The notes under the pieces: generated by a model
The model's database searches: none
What the model saw: the letters and a program-made list of their open reading frames with translations, nothing else
Told to the model about the DNA's origin: nothing
Shown here: positions 1-8,908 of the stretch, in pieces
Position numbering within the stretch: the stretch's first letter is position 1
Layout: every line of letters starts with the position of its first letter
Assembly: GCA_020719005.1 (NCBI GenBank)
Contig: DYQZ01000001.1
Coordinates: 5,779 to 69,778, forward strand
Direction of reading: 5' to 3'
DNA: 64,000 bases
From: Candidatus Omnitrophus sp.
Lineage (GTDB): Bacteria > Omnitrophota > Gorgyraeia > Zapsychrales > Fredricksoniimonadaceae
Program-made: the position numbers and the translations under genes

Positions 1-248
1 TCACGCTCGGCAACGGAGCTAAACTTGAAGCTCCGGAAACATCGATGAAATCTATTAATGCGTTCGTGCGCCTAAAGCAGGGTGAGACGGTTGTGCTCGG
101 GGGGCTTATCACGCGCAATAACGCTAAGCGGACAAGCAGTGTTCCGGTATTAAGCCGGCTCCCCCTTGTTGGAAAATTGTTCTCGTATGAAAGCGTTGAT
201 CGTAGGCGGACAGAATTGGTGGTGCTCATCACGCCGAGGAAAGGATAG
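1..248 (+). CDS. Secretin (GspD/PilQ family) C-terminal fragment; 5' end lies outside the window
   Basis: The frame is open from the window start (codons from position 3) to the stop at 246-248. The translation ...LKQGETVVLGGLITRNNAKRTSSVPVLSRLPLVGKLFSYESVDRRRTELVVLITPRKG* matches the conserved secretin C-terminal motif (ETVVLGGL ... VP.L..IP..G.LF ... E...LLV.ITP). Confidence 0.7.
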   Translation, partial: TLGNGAKLEAPETSMKSINAFVRLKQGETVVLGGLITRNNAKRTSSVPVLSRLPLVGKLFSYESVDRRRTELVVLITPRKG

Positions 249-250
249 TT

Positions 251-1432
251 GTGGGTAAATATCTGATCGCGAGTGACCGCGTATGGTTTGTTCATGAAAA
301 AGAAGAAGGGTGTGTTTCGTGGGAGGCTTTTGCATCAGCCGATTTTATGAAAGAAGCACCGGCATCAGTATTGTTGACGGAAATAGAATTCAAAAAGAAC
401 GGACCTGTTGTTAATGGTGATGTGCAAAAGAGCATGGGTCCCGCGGTTCTTTTTCCGGCGAACATGACAGTGCAGGAAGAGATTTTAAAGAATGGAATAC
501 GTCAGTGCGCCGGTGTGCGCAGTGAGCGTCTTCATGAAGTGCTCGGTGTATTTCCCAGGGGCAGCGTCAGGACGTGTGTTCCGTATGCATTATCGATACG
601 CGCATTTTTGATCGCGAACGGATTGTTTGAAGAAAAAGCGATCAGGGTTGTGGTCGAAGCGGCGGGAGAGATGGTTTTCTTGACCATCTTTGACGGGATG
701 GAAGTCATTGCCGTGCGCTCCCTGTCAGGGCTTTCTGTAGTTGAGGTTTCCGATGAGGTTTCACGCAGTTTGAAAAGAAGTGATGTTGTTTTGGATGAAC
801 GGACGAACTTCATTGTAAACAACAAAGAGATCGCGGAAATGCTGGTGACAGAAGATGTGTGTACCGGTGCGCAGGCGATCGTTACGGAAACAACACGCAT
901 GGCCTTCGGCGCGCTGGACCGTACAACGTTCAAAATGAATTTCTTACTTCCCGACGAGATTGCACGGCAGAAGCGGAAAGAATGGCGGCGGCGGTCTGTA
1001 GTGGTGTGGGCAGTGGCGGCGTTCGTTGTTGTTCTTGCTTTGTTGTATGTGATCGGGGGAGCTCATATTAAAAAAGAAGCATTAATGAAAGAGCAACGGG
1101 CCTTAGTGGAAATGGGCGAAGCAGAACGTTCGTTGAAAGAAAAAAGCGCCAACGTCTTTCGGGCGGTATTAAGAGAAAGGCCGGTATTGGAATATGAAAA
1201 GATATTCCAGGCGCTTTCAATAAACACACCCCGTGGATGGAGACTTGAGGCGGTTGATATACGCGAACAGGGATCGCTTAAAACGGTCATAGCTGTAACT
1301 TTTTCAGGAACACAGGATGGTGCATTTGTGTGTGAAGGGATGTTCCGTGTTTGTCATGTCCGGTCGTTCTTTGTATCAGGAAAATTGTGGTCTGTTGTTA
1401 ATGCTGAGGTTTATCAATGGGGAGAAAAATAA
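251..1432 (+). CDS. GspL/PilM-PilN-like inner-membrane assembly protein (cytoplasmic domain + single TM + periplasmic domain)
   Basis: 393-aa ORF with a GTG start 3 nt after the secretin stop. It has a ~250-aa N-terminal soluble domain and a basic stretch (RQKRKEWRRR) followed by the TM helix SVVVWAVAAFVVVLALLYVIGG. A coiled-coil and ~110-aa C-terminal domain follow. This topology is typical of GspL (a PilM+PilN fusion). The assignment is by architecture and context only. Confidence 0.4.
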   Translation: MGKYLIASDRVWFVHEKEEGCVSWEAFASADFMKEAPASVLLTEIEFKKNGPVVNGDVQKSMGPAVLFPANMTVQEEILKNGIRQCAGVRSERLHEVLGVFPRGSVRTCVPYALSIRAFLIANGLFEEKAIRVVVEAAGEMVFLTIFDGMEVIAVRSLSGLSVVEVSDEVSRSLKRSDVVLDERTNFIVNNKEIAEMLVTEDVCTGAQAIVTETTRMAFGALDRTTFKMNFLLPDEIARQKRKEWRRRSVVVWAVAAFVVVLALLYVIGGAHIKKEALMKEQRALVEMGEAERSLKEKSANVFRAVLRERPVLEYEKIFQALSINTPRGWRLEAVDIREQGSLKTVIAVTFSGTQDGAFVCEGMFRVCHVRSFFVSGKLWSVVNAEVYQWGEK

Positions 1433-1932
1433 TGCGTATGGTGTTTTTGTTGGGCATTACGGCGGGGATCGTGTTGTGTTTTGTCGGGACAACGGCGTTC
1501 AAAGAAGCACGCGCGATACAAGAAAGAACAGCTGTTTTCAGAGAAAAAATACAGCAGTTAAATAAAGAAAAAGAAGCGTTGTTGTGTTTTGATGAAAGTG
1601 CCCCGGTTCCGCTTGAAACGGTATATGTCCAGTGGATCAAGGATGTGTCGTTGCTGGCAGGCATGAGAAAGGTTTCTTTAGGAGTGGAAATGAAAGAGGC
1701 AAATTCCCTATCGGAAGAAGCACTATTGCTGGGAATAAAAAGATCACGGCTGGGGTTGGTTTTTTCCGGCTTACAGCGTTGGTCGGATCTCACGGGGGTG
1801 TTGGCGGGGATCGATGATCTGGTGCGCATCCCGGAACATTTTCCAGTGGTTGTTGATGCAGTGCGGCAGGAAAAGAATGTTTTATTTGTTGATGTGAGTT
1901 TGTTCGGAACAGCGTCAGGAGAAGAAATATGA
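1417..1932 (+). CDS. GspM/PilO-like bitopic inner-membrane protein
   Basis: 171 aa with an N-terminal TM helix (MVFLLGITAGIVLCFVGTT) followed by a coiled-coil (KEARAIQERTAVFREKIQQLNKEKEALL) and a small C-terminal domain. It overlaps the upstream stop (1430-1432), so an alternative start at ATG 1432 is preceded by GGGGAGA. Assignment by topology and operon context. Confidence 0.35.
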   Translation: MGRKIMRMVFLLGITAGIVLCFVGTTAFKEARAIQERTAVFREKIQQLNKEKEALLCFDESAPVPLETVYVQWIKDVSLLAGMRKVSLGVEMKEANSLSEEALLLGIKRSRLGLVFSGLQRWSDLTGVLAGIDDLVRIPEHFPVVVDAVRQEKNVLFVDVSLFGTASGEEI

Positions 1933-2381
1933 AAAAGAAGATAAAGATCATTAGTGTCGCATTGTTATTTTTAATAGGTATTTCTTCCGGCGTATACGCG
2001 CTCGAAAATGAAATGGAGCGGCTTCGTGAACAGTCACGGATCGAGCGGGTAAAGGAGGAAGAGATCCGGTTGCTGGCGCTTGATCTTGACCGGGTCAAGC
2101 TGGAGGCGGAGAAGAAGAAGGTGTTGGCGGAGGCTGGTGGCATTCTTCAACAGCAAGGCGTCTCTTCCGTAGCGCCTGGGGGCGTTGTGCCGCCGGAGAT
2201 CACGCTTAAGAATATTTTTATCGCAGTGTCACGCAAAGAGGCCGTGTTGGATGTGAATGGTGTGAGGGTGCGTTTGCTGGAAGGAGAGAAAAGAGGGCTC
2301 TTGTTTTTGAAAGAGGTTAACGCAAGAGGGGTGGTGTTGGTGTATGACGGTAAAGAAAATGTGTTGGGTCTGCGGTTATGA
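1929..2381 (+). CDS. Small periplasmic protein with signal/TM anchor, coiled-coil and C-terminal beta domain (PilP/GspC-like?)
   Basis: 150 aa: MKKKIKIISVALLFLIGISSGVYA signal-like N-terminus, a charged coiled-coil (ERLREQSRIERVKEEEIRLLALDLDRVKLEAEKKK), then a beta-rich C-terminus. Start and stop overlap the neighbours by 4 nt, suggesting translational coupling. Function inferred only from position. Confidence 0.3.
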   Translation: MKKKIKIISVALLFLIGISSGVYALENEMERLREQSRIERVKEEEIRLLALDLDRVKLEAEKKKVLAEAGGILQQQGVSSVAPGGVVPPEITLKNIFIAVSRKEAVLDVNGVRVRLLEGEKRGLLFLKEVNARGVVLVYDGKENVLGLRL

Positions 2382-3982
2382 AGAATGAACGGCTCGGCGC
2401 TATCTTATATCAACAGGATGAGACTTGCGGCCGACCCGTGGAAACGGGGTTGTCGTTGCAGCGGGCGTTGTCTTTTCCACAGCGCTTAGGGCGGTTGCTT
2501 GTTGAATATCGCCTGGTCGATGAAGAACGTATCACAAAAGCATTGGCATTACAGGCGGGGTGGCCCGTATTCGACGGAGAATGGATCGTTGATGAAAAGG
2601 GGCTTGATGATACGGGCGCGGCGTTCTTTCTGGAAAAAGAAGTCTTCCCGTTATTGGCCCCTGGCGGGAAAGCTTTTGTCATGGCTGACGGGGATCATCG
2701 GGAGGTGGTCGATCTTTTAAGAGCGCGTTATGGCGCAGATGTAAGATTTTTTATTGCTTCAGAGGCGGCGTTGGTTCAAGCCCTGGCATTGTTAACAAAG
2801 CCGGATCCATCAATATTGTTGGCAGAAAAAGCGTTGTTGAAAGATGTGGCAGAGCGTTTGTTGCAGGAAGCTGTTTCGAGTCAGGCCACAGATATTCATA
2901 TTGAACCATCAGAGAAAGCCGTCGAGGTGCGCTTGCGCGTAGATGGGGTATTGCATTTCTGGTATGCCTTCCCGCGTTCGGAGCTGGGGCGTCTGGTCAA
3001 TGTGTTCTTTCATCGAGCCGAGATCAGCGCAGGGGATTTCTTGAAATTTCACGACGCGCGTTTTGAATACAGGAATGGTTCTTCGGTCGTTGATGTGAGG
3101 CTTTCCCATATTCCTTCTGTCAATGGTCCGTCTTTGGTATTGCGTCTGCTCGATCGCGCAAGATCGCGGGTGGCATTAAAAGATCTTGGATATGCCGCGT
3201 GTCATCAAGAGGCGCTTACGGTTGCACGCGACGTTCCGCACGGACTTATGTTATTGACAGGTCCGACGGGCTGTGGAAAGACAACAACGCTTTACGCCAT
3301 GCTCGAGGAAATGCGTGGGGTCAGCACCAAGGTTGTTACCGTCGAAGATCCCGTTGAAGTGCGCATGCCACTCGTAACTCAGGTGCAGGTCGATATTCAA
3401 AAAGGGCATGATTTCTCGAATGTGACGCGGGCTTTGTTAAGGCATGATCCGGACGTGATCCTGATAGGAGAGGTGCGTGATGAAAAGACCGCGCGCGAGG
3501 CGTTGCGTGCTGCGATGACCGGGCATCGGGTGCTTGCGACCCTGCATACCAATGATGCGCCGGGTGCGATCTTAAGGTTGAAAGATTTGGGGCTCGAGTA
3601 TGGGCAGATCGCGAATGTGCTTGTGTGTGTCGGCGCCCAGCGGCTTGTGCGAAAACTTTGTCCGCATTGCAAAAAAGAGGTGACCGTTTATCGGAATAAA
3701 GTCAGTGCGCCGATGAAGAAATATTTGAAACAGGAAATAGTTCAGGTTTGGACGCCTGTTGGGTGTGAACGCTGCCGGGGAGGTTTTAAAGGGCGAACGG
3801 TTGTTGCCGAGATCTTTGTGATGGATGATGCGTCCCGATTCCTTATTGAACAGGGGCTTATTCATGAGCTTGTTTTGAAATTGAAAGAGAATAAAAATGT
3901 GATGAACATGAAGGGCGATGCCGGACGGTTGATCGAGGAGGGCATTATTTCTTTGTGCGAGGCGGTGAGGGTATGCGGATGA
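2378..3982 (+). CDS. gspE: Type II secretion / type IV pilus assembly ATPase (GspE/PilB family)
   Basis: 534 aa. Walker A LLTGPTGCGKTTTLYAML, Asp box TVEDPVEV, Walker B DPDVILIGEVRD, His box GHRVLATLHTNDAPGAILRL, and the C-terminal tetracysteine CPHCKK...CERCRG all fit the secretion-ATPase family. An N-terminal GspE_N-like domain is present. Confidence 0.9.
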   Translation: MKNERLGAILYQQDETCGRPVETGLSLQRALSFPQRLGRLLVEYRLVDEERITKALALQAGWPVFDGEWIVDEKGLDDTGAAFFLEKEVFPLLAPGGKAFVMADGDHREVVDLLRARYGADVRFFIASEAALVQALALLTKPDPSILLAEKALLKDVAERLLQEAVSSQATDIHIEPSEKAVEVRLRVDGVLHFWYAFPRSELGRLVNVFFHRAEISAGDFLKFHDARFEYRNGSSVVDVRLSHIPSVNGPSLVLRLLDRARSRVALKDLGYAACHQEALTVARDVPHGLMLLTGPTGCGKTTTLYAMLEEMRGVSTKVVTVEDPVEVRMPLVTQVQVDIQKGHDFSNVTRALLRHDPDVILIGEVRDEKTAREALRAAMTGHRVLATLHTNDAPGAILRLKDLGLEYGQIANVLVCVGAQRLVRKLCPHCKKEVTVYRNKVSAPMKKYLKQEIVQVWTPVGCERCRGGFKGRTVVAEIFVMDDASRFLIEQGLIHELVLKLKENKNVMNMKGDAGRLIEEGIISLCEAVRVCG

Positions 3983-5196
3983 TGTGCTGGAAATATGTAG
4001 CTATTGATCGTTCGGGGCGGGAAGAAAGCGGTTCTATCGACGGGAGCCGTGCTTTTGCACGTCAATTGTTGAGTGAAAAAGGCTTGGCGATCGTTATTTT
4101 ATATCCCTCTTTCAAGAGGTTCGGGCATAACGTTGTGTGCGCTAGGATCCGGCCGTTGTCATCAAAACAGCTGGTTTTATTTTTCAGGGATCTGGCGAAT
4201 ATGTTCGAGGCCGGGCTTGCCATTAATCAGGCACTGCTTGTTTTTAAGGAAAGCCTTGCTGACGGGAATACCGCCTTTTTTTGTCGAAGCATTCAAGAGA
4301 AATTGGCGCAGGGAGCGTCGCTGGCGGAGGCGGTCGATACAGGTGGCGTTATTCCAAAGGTCGCTGTCCAAGCGCTTCGTTCGGCTGAGCGTGCGGGTAG
4401 ATTGCCTGAAGTCTTGCGGATGCTGGCAGATTATTATGAAAAGATCCTGCAGGTGCGTCAAAAAACAGCAGGTGCTGTTATTTATCCAGTGATCGTGATG
4501 GGGCTTTTAGCAACAGTGCTGGTGTATATGTCGGTAGTTGTTGTTCCGCAAGTAGAGATGTTTTTGCCATCGTCGACGATGAAAGGGCCGCTCACCATGG
4601 CATTAATAAATATCAGTAAAGCGCTTCGCGTGGGTTGGCCATGGTTTTTGTTGGGAGGGGGCGTTCTTGGTGCGGGAGGGGTTGTGTGTTGGAAAAGGCG
4701 TCCTCTATGGTTTGAAGAGACTCTCGATCAGATGGCTGAACGTTTGCCGTGGATCAAGGGAGTAAAGAAGGATCTTTCGTTGAGCATGGCATTTTTTACG
4801 TTAGCGGTGTTGCAAAAAAGCGGTATTCCGATGGATGCGGCGTTGCGGGAAGTTTCTTTTGGTTCTCGGGGACAGACGGCGCGTGCTTTTGAAGAATGTT
4901 TAGCATGTTTATTGGGGGGCATGACGTTATCAGAAGCCGCCCGACGGGATAAATATTTCCCGCGATTCGTGCATGACACGTTGCATTTGGGCGAACAGAT
5001 GGGCAAATACGGTGAATACACCGAGCGGGTCCAGCAGGTTTTTTATAGATCATTTGTTTCGCGGATGGATTTGCTGGCGGAACTTGTTCAGCCGGTGATG
5101 TTGTGTTGTTGTGCGGGGAGTATTGCGCTGGTTGCCCTGGGGATCCTGGGGCCGATCTATGGGAATTTAGCCAATATCGGCGGGATGGTGAGGTGA
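3955..5196 (+). CDS. gspF: Type II secretion / type IV pilus platform protein (GspF/PilC family)
   Basis: 413 aa immediately after, and overlapping, the ATPase gene. The N-terminus YVAIDRSGREESGSIDGSRAFARQLLSEKGLAIVIL resembles GspF N-termini. It carries two repeated cytoplasmic helical domains separated by TM helices (AVIYPVIVMGLLATVLVYMSVVVVP; WPWFLLGGGVLGAGGVVCW; CCAGSIALVALGILGPIYGNL). Alternative starts at 3973 or 3979. Confidence 0.8.
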   Translation: MRGGEGMRMMCWKYVAIDRSGREESGSIDGSRAFARQLLSEKGLAIVILYPSFKRFGHNVVCARIRPLSSKQLVLFFRDLANMFEAGLAINQALLVFKESLADGNTAFFCRSIQEKLAQGASLAEAVDTGGVIPKVAVQALRSAERAGRLPEVLRMLADYYEKILQVRQKTAGAVIYPVIVMGLLATVLVYMSVVVVPQVEMFLPSSTMKGPLTMALINISKALRVGWPWFLLGGGVLGAGGVVCWKRRPLWFEETLDQMAERLPWIKGVKKDLSLSMAFFTLAVLQKSGIPMDAALREVSFGSRGQTARAFEECLACLLGGMTLSEAARRDKYFPRFVHDTLHLGEQMGKYGEYTERVQQVFYRSFVSRMDLLAELVQPVMLCCCAGSIALVALGILGPIYGNLANIGGMVR

Positions 5197-5199
5197 GAT

Positions 5200-6252
5200 A
5201 TGTCTGAAATAGTTGAACAGGCTTTTAATGAAGTGATCGGCCTTATTCATACGGCCCGCCGAAAAGCATTCCAGGCGGCGAATACGGTGTTGATCGAGTT
5301 GTATTGGCAGGTGGGGGAATATATTAGTCGCAAGATGAAAACGGCTGAATGGGGGGAAGGAGTTATTGAGAATTTGGCTCAATATATTGCAAAAGAGCAT
5401 CCGGATCTGAAAGGGTTTACGCGGCGTAATTTCTTTAGAATGAGGCAGTTGTATGAAGTTTATTGTGATGATCCAATTGTCGCGCCACTGGCGCGACAAT
5501 TACCCTGGGCGCACAATGTAGTTGTTTTAAATAAATGTAAGTTGCCGGAAGAACGAGAATTTTATACACGTTTAGCGATCAAAGAGCGCTTGTCCAAAAG
5601 AGCATTGGAACGGCAGATCGATGGGTGTGTTTTTGAAAGAAAAATGCTTGTTTCAACAAAAGTGCTCCCACTGGGAGCACTTTTATATCCCAATATACAA
5701 GAAGAGTTTAAAGATATTTACCTTTTAGACTTTCTGGATCTCCCCGCACATCATTCCGAACAGGATTTGCGCAGTGGTTTGGTCGCTAATTTGAAGAAAT
5801 TCCTCATGGAATTAGGGCGTGATTTTTGTTTTGTTGGTGAAGAATATCCATTGCAGGTCGGGAGCAAGGATTTTTCGGTGGACCTGGTGTTTTTTCATCG
5901 CGGCCTTTCTTGTTTGATCGCCTTTGAACTAAAGATCGATGATTTTAAACCAGCATACATGGGACAGCTTTCTTTTTATCTGGAGGCGTTGGATCGGGAT
6001 GTGCGTAAGCCCCATGAGAAGCCAAGCATCGGGATCTTGCTTTGTAAATCCAAAGATGCAGAAGTGGTCGAATATGTCCTGAGCCGCACGCTTTCGACCG
6101 CACTGGTCGCAGAATATAAAACACGTCTTCCCGAAAAAACAGTGCTTCAACAGAAGTTGCGGGAGTTCTACGAATTGGAGGCACAAAGAGATAGTGAGTG
6201 GAGACAAAACAAAAAAACAAAAGGAGCAGAAAATGAGAAAGAAAAACAATAA
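5200..6252 (+). CDS. YhcG-like PDDEXK-superfamily nuclease (DUF1016 family)
   Basis: 350 aa, with AGGTGA 7 nt upstream of the ATG. The C-terminal motif block DFSVDLVFFHRGLSCLIAFELKIDDFKPAYMGQLSFYLEALD matches the DUF1016/YhcG restriction-endonuclease-like core (D...ELK with a FYL..LD helix). The N-terminal helical domain (LIELYWQVGEYI) is typical of YhcG_N. Confidence 0.7.
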   Translation: MSEIVEQAFNEVIGLIHTARRKAFQAANTVLIELYWQVGEYISRKMKTAEWGEGVIENLAQYIAKEHPDLKGFTRRNFFRMRQLYEVYCDDPIVAPLARQLPWAHNVVVLNKCKLPEEREFYTRLAIKERLSKRALERQIDGCVFERKMLVSTKVLPLGALLYPNIQEEFKDIYLLDFLDLPAHHSEQDLRSGLVANLKKFLMELGRDFCFVGEEYPLQVGSKDFSVDLVFFHRGLSCLIAFELKIDDFKPAYMGQLSFYLEALDRDVRKPHEKPSIGILLCKSKDAEVVEYVLSRTLSTALVAEYKTRLPEKTVLQQKLREFYELEAQRDSEWRQNKKTKGAENEKEKQ

Positions 6253-6673
6253 AGGTTTTTCATTGGTGGAGCTGGCCATGGCCATGGGGCTTATGGCAGT
6301 GTTGGTTGGCGTCGTCGCGGCGGGTGGCGGGATGATGACGAAGTCGCGTGTTCAGCGGGAAGTTGATTCTATTGAGGGATTAAGACTGGCGGCACAAAAT
6401 TATCTATCGTCGAGCAGTTTGACTTTTACAGGGGTAAGCGTTACCGAACTTAAGAACAAAGGCCTTGTGCCGGCGACATTTGACCCGCTAAAAGCGAACA
6501 GTTTTGGTGGCGATTATAGCGTGAGTGCAAATACGGCGGACAGCACGCGTGTGGATATCGCGCTTGCTTTGATCCCGGAAGATGTTGGGACATCGCTTAG
6601 CGGCGCTTTTAAGGGCCGAGCCGAAGCTCTAACGTATGACAAAACAACCAAGATCTGGAAAGCCACATTTTAA
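6233..6673 (+). CDS. Prepilin-type (type IV pilin/pseudopilin) protein
   Basis: Start chosen at ATG 6233, with AAGGAG at 6221-6226. The ORF-track start 6194 is an upstream in-frame extension inside yhcG. The N-terminus MRKKNNKGFSLVELAMAMGLMAVLVGVVAAGG is a class III signal peptide: a G|FSLVEL cleavage/N-methylation motif with Glu at +5, followed by a hydrophobic helix. Confidence 0.75.
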   Translation: MRKKNNKGFSLVELAMAMGLMAVLVGVVAAGGGMMTKSRVQREVDSIEGLRLAAQNYLSSSSLTFTGVSVTELKNKGLVPATFDPLKANSFGGDYSVSANTADSTRVDIALALIPEDVGTSLSGAFKGRAEALTYDKTTKIWKATF

Positions 6674-6677
6674 TACC

Positions 6678-7094
6678 ATGATATTTTATCGACGGGCATT
6701 CAGTATGATCGAAATAACGCTGGCGTTGTTGGTTATGACACTTTTTATCGGAGGGGTCGTATCAACAGGGCGCGCGGTGATCGAGGATGCGCGCCAGGAA
6801 AAAGTATGGCGGACGCTCAGCGCATTTCTTGAGATCAGCGCGCAGTTTGATGCTGTGAAAGGGAAATATCCTGTCTCGATCGAGGAGGTCGTTTCATTCG
6901 ACACACGCGTACCCTTTTTTAATCCGTGGGGCAATGCGTATGTCGTTGTGCCGTCAGCTGCGTCGTGGTGTATCGAAACACGCGTTCCGTCGGTCCGAGG
7001 GGATATCCACCAAAGCAGTATTTTCGCGAGCGTTCTTTCACAAAAGGACGGGGATGTTCTTCGCGTGTGCAGGCCCGTTGTCACAACACCATAA
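6678..7094 (+). CDS. Prepilin-type pseudopilin (minor pilin-like)
   Basis: Start chosen at ATG 6678. The ORF-track start 6636 overlaps the previous gene. The N-terminus MIFYRRAFSMIEITLALLVMTLFIGGVVS has an A|FSMIEI prepilin-like motif (Glu at +5) and a hydrophobic helix, on a small (~138 aa) beta-rich body. Confidence 0.6.
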   Translation: MIFYRRAFSMIEITLALLVMTLFIGGVVSTGRAVIEDARQEKVWRTLSAFLEISAQFDAVKGKYPVSIEEVVSFDTRVPFFNPWGNAYVVVPSAASWCIETRVPSVRGDIHQSSIFASVLSQKDGDVLRVCRPVVTTP

Positions 7095-7106
7095 AAGAAA
7101 GAGCGT

Positions 7107-8027
7107 ATGGAACAAAAAGTCTTTTTACGTCGTGGTTTTACATTGATCGAACTGGCGATCGTGTTGTGTGTGAGCGCGATGCTCGCCGGGGCGCTGGTGC
7201 CGTCATTCGTTAAGAGTGCGCATATTGAGGCGGCACGTAAGACAGCGGCTGAAATGACGCTCCTTAAAGAAGCGGCACAACATTATTTCTTGAAGAATGC
7301 CGCATGGCCCGAGGATCTTGAAGCGCTGCGCGCATCGGGGGATATTGACGAGCGTTGGCCTGGAAGAAATCCTTTTGGAGATCTTTATGTTGTAACGCCG
7401 GACGTGGGGGGCCTTGTTCTATCAACAAAAGTTCCGTCGGCAATGGGGGATGTGGTGACGGGGGCTCTTGCGATGTCGGTCCAACAAGACGGAGAGGTGT
7501 CTTTACGCGTGACGTCTTCTCTCGATGGAGCGGGTGTGCCGGTGGGCGCGCTTTTGACTTGGCCTTCGGAGGATATTCCCGAGGGATGGGTTTTGTGTGA
7601 CGGCCGGGCGTTAGAACGCGCGGCATATTCGGCACTGTTTGCGCTGCTCGGCGTAAGTTATGGCGTTGGAGACGGAGTCACAACATTCAATGTGCCCGAC
7701 CTGCGCGGGCGTATTCCCGTCGGCTTGGATAATATGGGTGGCAGTGCGGCAAATGTGGTAAGCGGTCCATTGGCACGGACCCTCGGTGGAAAATATGGAG
7801 AAGAATCCCATGCGCTTACAGTGACAGAGATGCCGTCCCATAATCATTATGGATTCGGTGAAAATATTCCCCGCTGGCCGTATGGGACCTCCGGGCCGAA
7901 TAATAATCAAGGCCCTCCTCACGCTGATTATGACAATTATTTGCTCGGCACAACATTCTCCGGCGGAAACGCGTCGCACAATAATCTTCAACCTTCGATC
8001 GCCTTGTATTGGATGATCAAGACATGA
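7107..8027 (+). CDS. Prepilin-type pilin fused to a C-terminal phage tail-collar (Collar/MdpB-like) domain
   Basis: The N-terminus MEQKVFLRRGFTLIELAIVLCVSAMLAGALV is a G|FTLIEL class III signal peptide. The C-terminal half reads LTWPSEDIPEGWVLCDGRALERAAYSALFALLGVSYGVGDGVTTFNVPDLRGRIPVG...GEESHALTVTEMPSHNH. This matches the phage tail collar domain consensus (GW..CDG..L....Y..LF..LG..YG.GDG.TTF.LPDLRGR ... H.LT..E.P.H.H). A purine-rich SD-like stretch (AAAGAAAGAG) precedes the ATG. Confidence 0.7.
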   Translation: MEQKVFLRRGFTLIELAIVLCVSAMLAGALVPSFVKSAHIEAARKTAAEMTLLKEAAQHYFLKNAAWPEDLEALRASGDIDERWPGRNPFGDLYVVTPDVGGLVLSTKVPSAMGDVVTGALAMSVQQDGEVSLRVTSSLDGAGVPVGALLTWPSEDIPEGWVLCDGRALERAAYSALFALLGVSYGVGDGVTTFNVPDLRGRIPVGLDNMGGSAANVVSGPLARTLGGKYGEESHALTVTEMPSHNHYGFGENIPRWPYGTSGPNNNQGPPHADYDNYLLGTTFSGGNASHNNLQPSIALYWMIKT

Positions 8028-8908
8028 AATATATCCGATATCTTAGCTTGGTAGCATTGATCGTTTTTCATTGTTCTGCGTGGGCGATCGCAGCAAGGGC
8101 CGCGTCCATGATGACGCTCGCCGCCAAGGCAGATTGGTCGTGTGTGGAGTTCAAGACGCTTGGGCCGTGTTATCGAAAAACACTTCCCTACGTTGGGGTC
8201 AAGATCCGATATCGTCAGCCCGTATTATTGGTTGAGACGGTAAAGATCCCCGGAGATACGGTGATCAATGAAATGCGCGTGTTTCTGGGCGCACGATTAA
8301 AACAAAACGCGCGGGCGGCTATGAAACAGAGGACTGGGGTTGATGGCGATCCGTCCTCCGGCGGTGTCTTTAATGGCGACGGGACCGCCTTGTCGATGAA
8401 TGAAGCGCACGTATTCTCGTTCCCGTTGACAGATGTTTTCTCCACCGTTGTCGTAGCCCCTTGCGAAGGCGCGCCGGATTTAGCCGGGCCTATTGGTTAT
8501 ATCAGTGAGCTCGACGCAAAAGAGTGGCGCACGGGTGAAACGGAACAGCGGTTTTGCGGGGATCAGAATGGTGTATGGCCTTTGCCCGGGACATGGCTTG
8601 GCACATGGGGCCCGATCTATCCACGCACGGGCTGGTCGGTGGGAACGACGTCTCCTGTTGCCTCGGCCTTAAGCGCGTATCGGGCGGTCGATATTTCGTC
8701 CATCAAGCCGCAATTGCCGCGTGTTGTATTATCGAAAGTTTTATTCGTGCCGGATCTTTTCTGGGACCGGATGCAGATGGTTTATCCGTCGGCAGGAAAG
8801 TGTATCCGTATCGGTGAGGACCCGCGTTTATGGGAAAACGGAAAGAATTCTTTTGACGGGAAATTTGCATGGATATTCTGGCGAAAAAAAGAGTGTTGTC
8901 TTTTCTGA
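8009..8908 (+). CDS. Hypothetical secreted protein (Cys-containing, Trp/Gly-rich)
   Basis: 299 aa overlapping the previous stop. It has a signal-peptide-like segment MKYIRYLSLVALIVFHCSAWAIAARAAS, so an alternative start is ATG 8024. No recognisable catalytic motifs. Codon usage is consistent with its neighbours. Confidence 0.45.
   Translation: MDDQDMKYIRYLSLVALIVFHCSAWAIAARAASMMTLAAKADWSCVEFKTLGPCYRKTLPYVGVKIRYRQPVLLVETVKIPGDTVINEMRVFLGARLKQNARAAMKQRTGVDGDPSSGGVFNGDGTALSMNEAHVFSFPLTDVFSTVVVAPCEGAPDLAGPIGYISELDAKEWRTGETEQRFCGDQNGVWPLPGTWLGTWGPIYPRTGWSVGTTSPVASALSAYRAVDISSIKPQLPRVVLSKVLFVPDLFWDRMQMVYPSAGKCIRIGEDPRLWENGKNSFDGKFAWIFWRKKECCLF

Noticed and set aside
2378-3982. Calling the ATPase pilB/pilT rather than gspE
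   Set aside because: The N-terminal GspE_N-like domain and tetracysteine C-terminus fit the GspE/PilB assembly ATPases, not PilT retraction ATPases. Distinguishing T2SS from T4P is not possible from motifs alone, so a family-level call is given.
6194-6232. ORF-track upstream starts for the pilin genes and the last secreted protein (6194, 6636, 9149)
   Set aside because: Upstream extensions overlap the preceding genes and lack SD sequences. Internal ATGs at 6233, 6678 and 9263 have SD-like motifs and place the signal peptide or prepilin motif directly at the N-terminus.
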